From: Acidimicrobiales bacterium
Lineage (GTDB): Bacteria; Actinomycetota; Acidimicrobiia; Acidimicrobiales; SZUA-35
Direction: 5' to 3'
Assembly (NCBI GenBank): GCA_024644005.1
Contig: JAHELU010000003.1
Location: 1-52,313 of the forward strand
Length of the DNA: 52,313 nt
Part shown: one piece after another, positions 50,595 to 52,313 of the stretch
Numbering within the stretch: position 1 is the stretch's first letter
Layout of the letters: the number at the start of each line of letters is the position of its first letter
The notes under the pieces: generated by a model
Told to the model about the DNA's origin: nothing
Databases searched by the model: none
Seen by the model: the letters and a program-made list of their open reading frames with translations, nothing else
Made by a program: the position numbers and the translations under genes

Positions 50595-50621
50595 CACTGG
50601 CGAACCGGCGGTTCGCCAGTG
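50595..50621 (+). other. perfect 12-bp stem / 3-nt loop hairpin at the predicted 5' end of the SOS-promoter transcript
   Basis: CACTGGCGAACC-ggc-GGTTCGCCAGTG, read directly. Confidence 0.6.
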
Positions 50622-50779
50622 GTAGGGGAGGTTGGGGCCGGGGGCAACCGGGCCGCCTCGTCACTCCATCTGTGCGGCACCCGGCGGTCCGACTCCGCCA
50701 TCGGGCCGTCGGGAACGGATGGATACGGGTCGGCCCGGTTGGGGCAGCGCCTGCGGCGGCGCAGATCCGGGTCGCTCAG

Positions 50780-50893
50780 GAGATCCGCCGGTAGGCGGAT
50801 CGACCCGGTATACAGCGCAGAGATCTCGGCTCGTAGAGCCGAGATCCCACCGTGGCGAAGCGAGAGACCTCGCCTACTCGCTGAGGTCCTCAG
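50780..50893 (+). repeat. mosaic palindromic intergenic repeat, copy B (modules L, M, R)
   Basis: It matches 43231-43344, with the 45-nt M module in the opposite orientation. The soxG stop codon lies inside its terminal palindrome CTGAGGTCCTCAG. Confidence 0.8.
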
Positions 50894-51585
50894 TCGCTCA
50901 CGACGACGCCGAGCTCCGACCCGGCATCGAGGATCGCATCGAAGAGGTACTGGCCGAAGGAGCGATCGCAGGCCACGAGATAGGACCGGAGACGGTCGGT
51001 CCCGACCCCCCGACGGCTGTCGCCGACGTCGTCCCGAACGATGTCGCAGCTGACATCGGCCACCGGCGCCGAGACGACCGCCCCGTCCGGGGTCATCGGG
51101 TCGCTCCAGTCGACACCGCAGAGCTTCTCGAGCACCGAAGCCGACCGGTGGCCGGTCAGCCGGAACACGGCCCGGCTGTGGGTGTGATCGATCACGCTGA
51201 CGTGGCCGGTGGCATCGAGCGCGGCGGCCACGGTCGCAACCGCAGCCGCCGAGCCGAGCACCAGCCACTCGGTCGGCCGCTGACCGCAGATGAGCGCGTC
51301 GCCGACGCGTCTGCTGGCACCGAAGCCGACCCCCAGCTGGCTCGCCGTCACCGAGTCGTCGTCTGCCCGCACCAGCAGCTTCGTCACGGCCGATCGGTCC
51401 TGCAGCGTCAGCCGGTCGTGCAGCGTCAGCCGGTCGTGCAGCGTCAGCCGGTCGTGCAGCGTCAGCCGGTCGTGCAGCGTCAGCCGGTCGTGCAGCGTCA
51501 GCCGGTCGTGCACGGTCAGCTCGCCCGCGGCGACGGCGGAGGAGCTCACCACTGGGCTCTCGAAGGCGGGGAGCCGCTCAGCCAC
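50890..51585 (-). CDS. soxG: sarcosine oxidase gamma subunit family protein carrying an internal hexapeptide tandem repeat
   Basis: 231-aa ORF with a SoxG-like core (RPTEWLVLG, VIDHTHSRAVFRLTGHRSASVLEKLCGVDW). Its start overlaps the soxA stop by 8 nt. Confidence 0.75.
   Translation of the reverse strand: MAERLPAFESPVVSSSAVAAGELTVHDRLTLHDRLTLHDRLTLHDRLTLHDRLTLHDRLTLQDRSAVTKLLVRADDDSVTASQLGVGFGASRRVGDALICGQRPTEWLVLGSAAAVATVAAALDATGHVSVIDHTHSRAVFRLTGHRSASVLEKLCGVDWSDPMTPDGAVVSAPVADVSCDIVRDDVGDSRRGVGTDRLRSYLVACDRSFGQYLFDAILDAGSELGVVVSD
51403..51510. repeat. 18-bp perfect tandem repeat x6 (CAGCGTCAGCCGGTCGTG) inside soxG
   Basis: Six identical units, read directly, flanked by degenerate partial units. 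On the coding strand they encode (DRLTLH)x6. Confidence 0.95.
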
Positions 51586-52313
51586 GGAGCCGATCCCCTG
51601 CCGGGTCGAAGTGGGCGTGCCGATCGAGCACCGTCGCCTCGATCCGTCGTCCGTCGACCATCACCACCGTGAGCGTCGTCCCGCCGGCCGCGGCGTCCGA
51701 CACGACCTGGCCGAGACAGATCGACCGACCGAGCGTCGGCGACCAGCGGGACGACGTGATCCTGCCGATGATCTCGTTGCCGCCGGCCCGCACGATCTGG
51801 CACGCCTCCTCCGGCACGGTGTCGGGATCGACCGGCTGGATGGCCACCACGACGTTCGGCAGGTCCCCGTCGACTGCGATGTCGAGCTCGGGCTTGCCGG
51901 CGAAGTCCGGCTTGTCCAGCCTGATCAGGGCGGTCATGCCCGTGGCCGGCGCCTTGGTCAGCCCGTCGGTGTCCTGGCCGACGATGACGTGGCCCTTCTC
52001 CAGCCGCATGATCCGCTGGGCCTCGAGCCCGAACACACCGACGCCGAGATCCGAACCGGTGTCGAGCAGCGCCGTCCACACGTGGAGCCCGTGACCGGCT
52101 GGAACGTGCAGCTCGTAGGACAGCTCGCCGGTGAAGCCGATCCGCCACATGATGCAGTCCGGAACGCCGGCCACGGTGCCGGTCCTGACCGTCATGTACC
52201 CGAACGCCTCCGGGCTCAGGTCGACGTCGCCGACGAGCCGTCGCACCAGCTCACGGCTCCGGGGCCCGGCGACGTTGATGCTCGTGTAGCCGCTGGTGAC
52301 CGGGGTGACGTGG
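51578..52313 (-). CDS. soxA: sarcosine oxidase alpha subunit, C-terminal (GcvT-like folate-binding) part; 5' end off the window
   Basis: ORF 51578..52246, and the frame stays open to the window edge (HVTPVTSGYTSINVAGPRSRELV upstream). Motifs include GFTGELSYELHVP and GLEAQRIMRLEKGH. Confidence 0.85.
   Translation of the reverse strand, partial: HVTPVTSGYTSINVAGPRSRELVRRLVGDVDLSPEAFGYMTVRTGTVAGVPDCIMWRIGFTGELSYELHVPAGHGLHVWTALLDTGSDLGVGVFGLEAQRIMRLEKGHVIVGQDTDGLTKAPATGMTALIRLDKPDFAGKPELDIAVDGDLPNVVVAIQPVDPDTVPEEACQIVRAGGNEIIGRITSSRWSPTLGRSICLGQVVSDAAAGGTTLTVVMVDGRRIEATVLDRHAHFDPAGDRLRG

Noticed and set aside
43231-50893. The repeat-bracketed block read as a transposon, MITE pair or genomic island.
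   Set aside because: There is no transposase, integrase, tRNA or visible target-site duplication. The composition is not visibly different from the surrounding DNA. Only the weaker idea of a recombination-prone cassette is retained as a finding.
51403-51510. A regularly spaced 18-bp repeat could be mistaken for a CRISPR array.
   Set aside because: The units are directly adjacent with no spacers. They lie in frame inside soxG and there are no cas genes. It is a coding tandem repeat.
50619-51672. ORFs 50619..51053 and 50632..51672 (+) as the protein product of the SOS promoter.
   Set aside because: Beyond 50890 they are antisense to soxG. Their composition is that of a GC shadow. The TTG start is only 1 nt from the SD-like GGGGAGG, and the GTG at 50619 has no SD.

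Overview
This is a 52.3-kb, very GC-rich, gene-dense chromosomal segment. It looks actinobacterial: it carries a DinB/mycothiol-type enzyme, an MmyB-like regulator, a monomeric isocitrate dehydrogenase, PolX, a Gram-positive/actinobacterial-type SOS box, and several leaderless-looking starts. I can support about 52 protein-coding genes, two of them cut by the window edges. Many of the longest ORFs in the track (49..2640, 15772..19800, 45566..49477 and others) are GC-driven antisense shadows of real genes and are rejected. I saw no rRNA, tRNA, CRISPR array, transposase, integrase or phage gene.

Gene content from left to right:
- polysaccharide genes (a sugar dehydrogenase and a CapD-like dehydratase)
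- a conserved triad of FGase-like amidohydrolase, glutathione-synthetase-like ATP-grasp ligase and QEGLA/DUF1704 (MATCAP-type) metallopeptidase
- fructosamine kinase
- a Phd/YefM-RelE toxin-antitoxin pair followed by a DUF4177 gene
- assorted redox and hydrolase genes
- an OtnI/DenD-like acid-sugar pair
- PolX, an MBL hydrolase and potABCD
- MFS transporter, mobB, a degenerate GGDEF protein and an amidase
- acyl-CoA metabolism genes
- rhodanese, a CDF transporter and alr
- an aminotransferase-SDR-HD(PhnZ-like) set
- monomeric icd
- a 7.5-kb acyl-CoA/TPP/CoA-transferase block
- the 3' end of a sarcosine oxidase operon (soxA, soxG)

Most interesting non-genic signals:
1. An orphan, perfect LexA box sits inside a consensus-like promoter in a gap between two convergent gene ends. 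It is a candidate SOS-induced small RNA or peptide.
2. A roughly 113-nt mosaic palindromic repeat is present twice, with an internal 45-nt module inverted between the copies.
3. Six perfect 18-bp in-frame tandem repeats lie inside soxG.
4. The RelE toxin reading frame has no stop and stays open into the DUF4177 gene.
5. Covarying tandem hairpins lie in the AT-rich leader of the CapD-like gene.

All functional calls come from recognising the translated sequences by eye; no database search was run.
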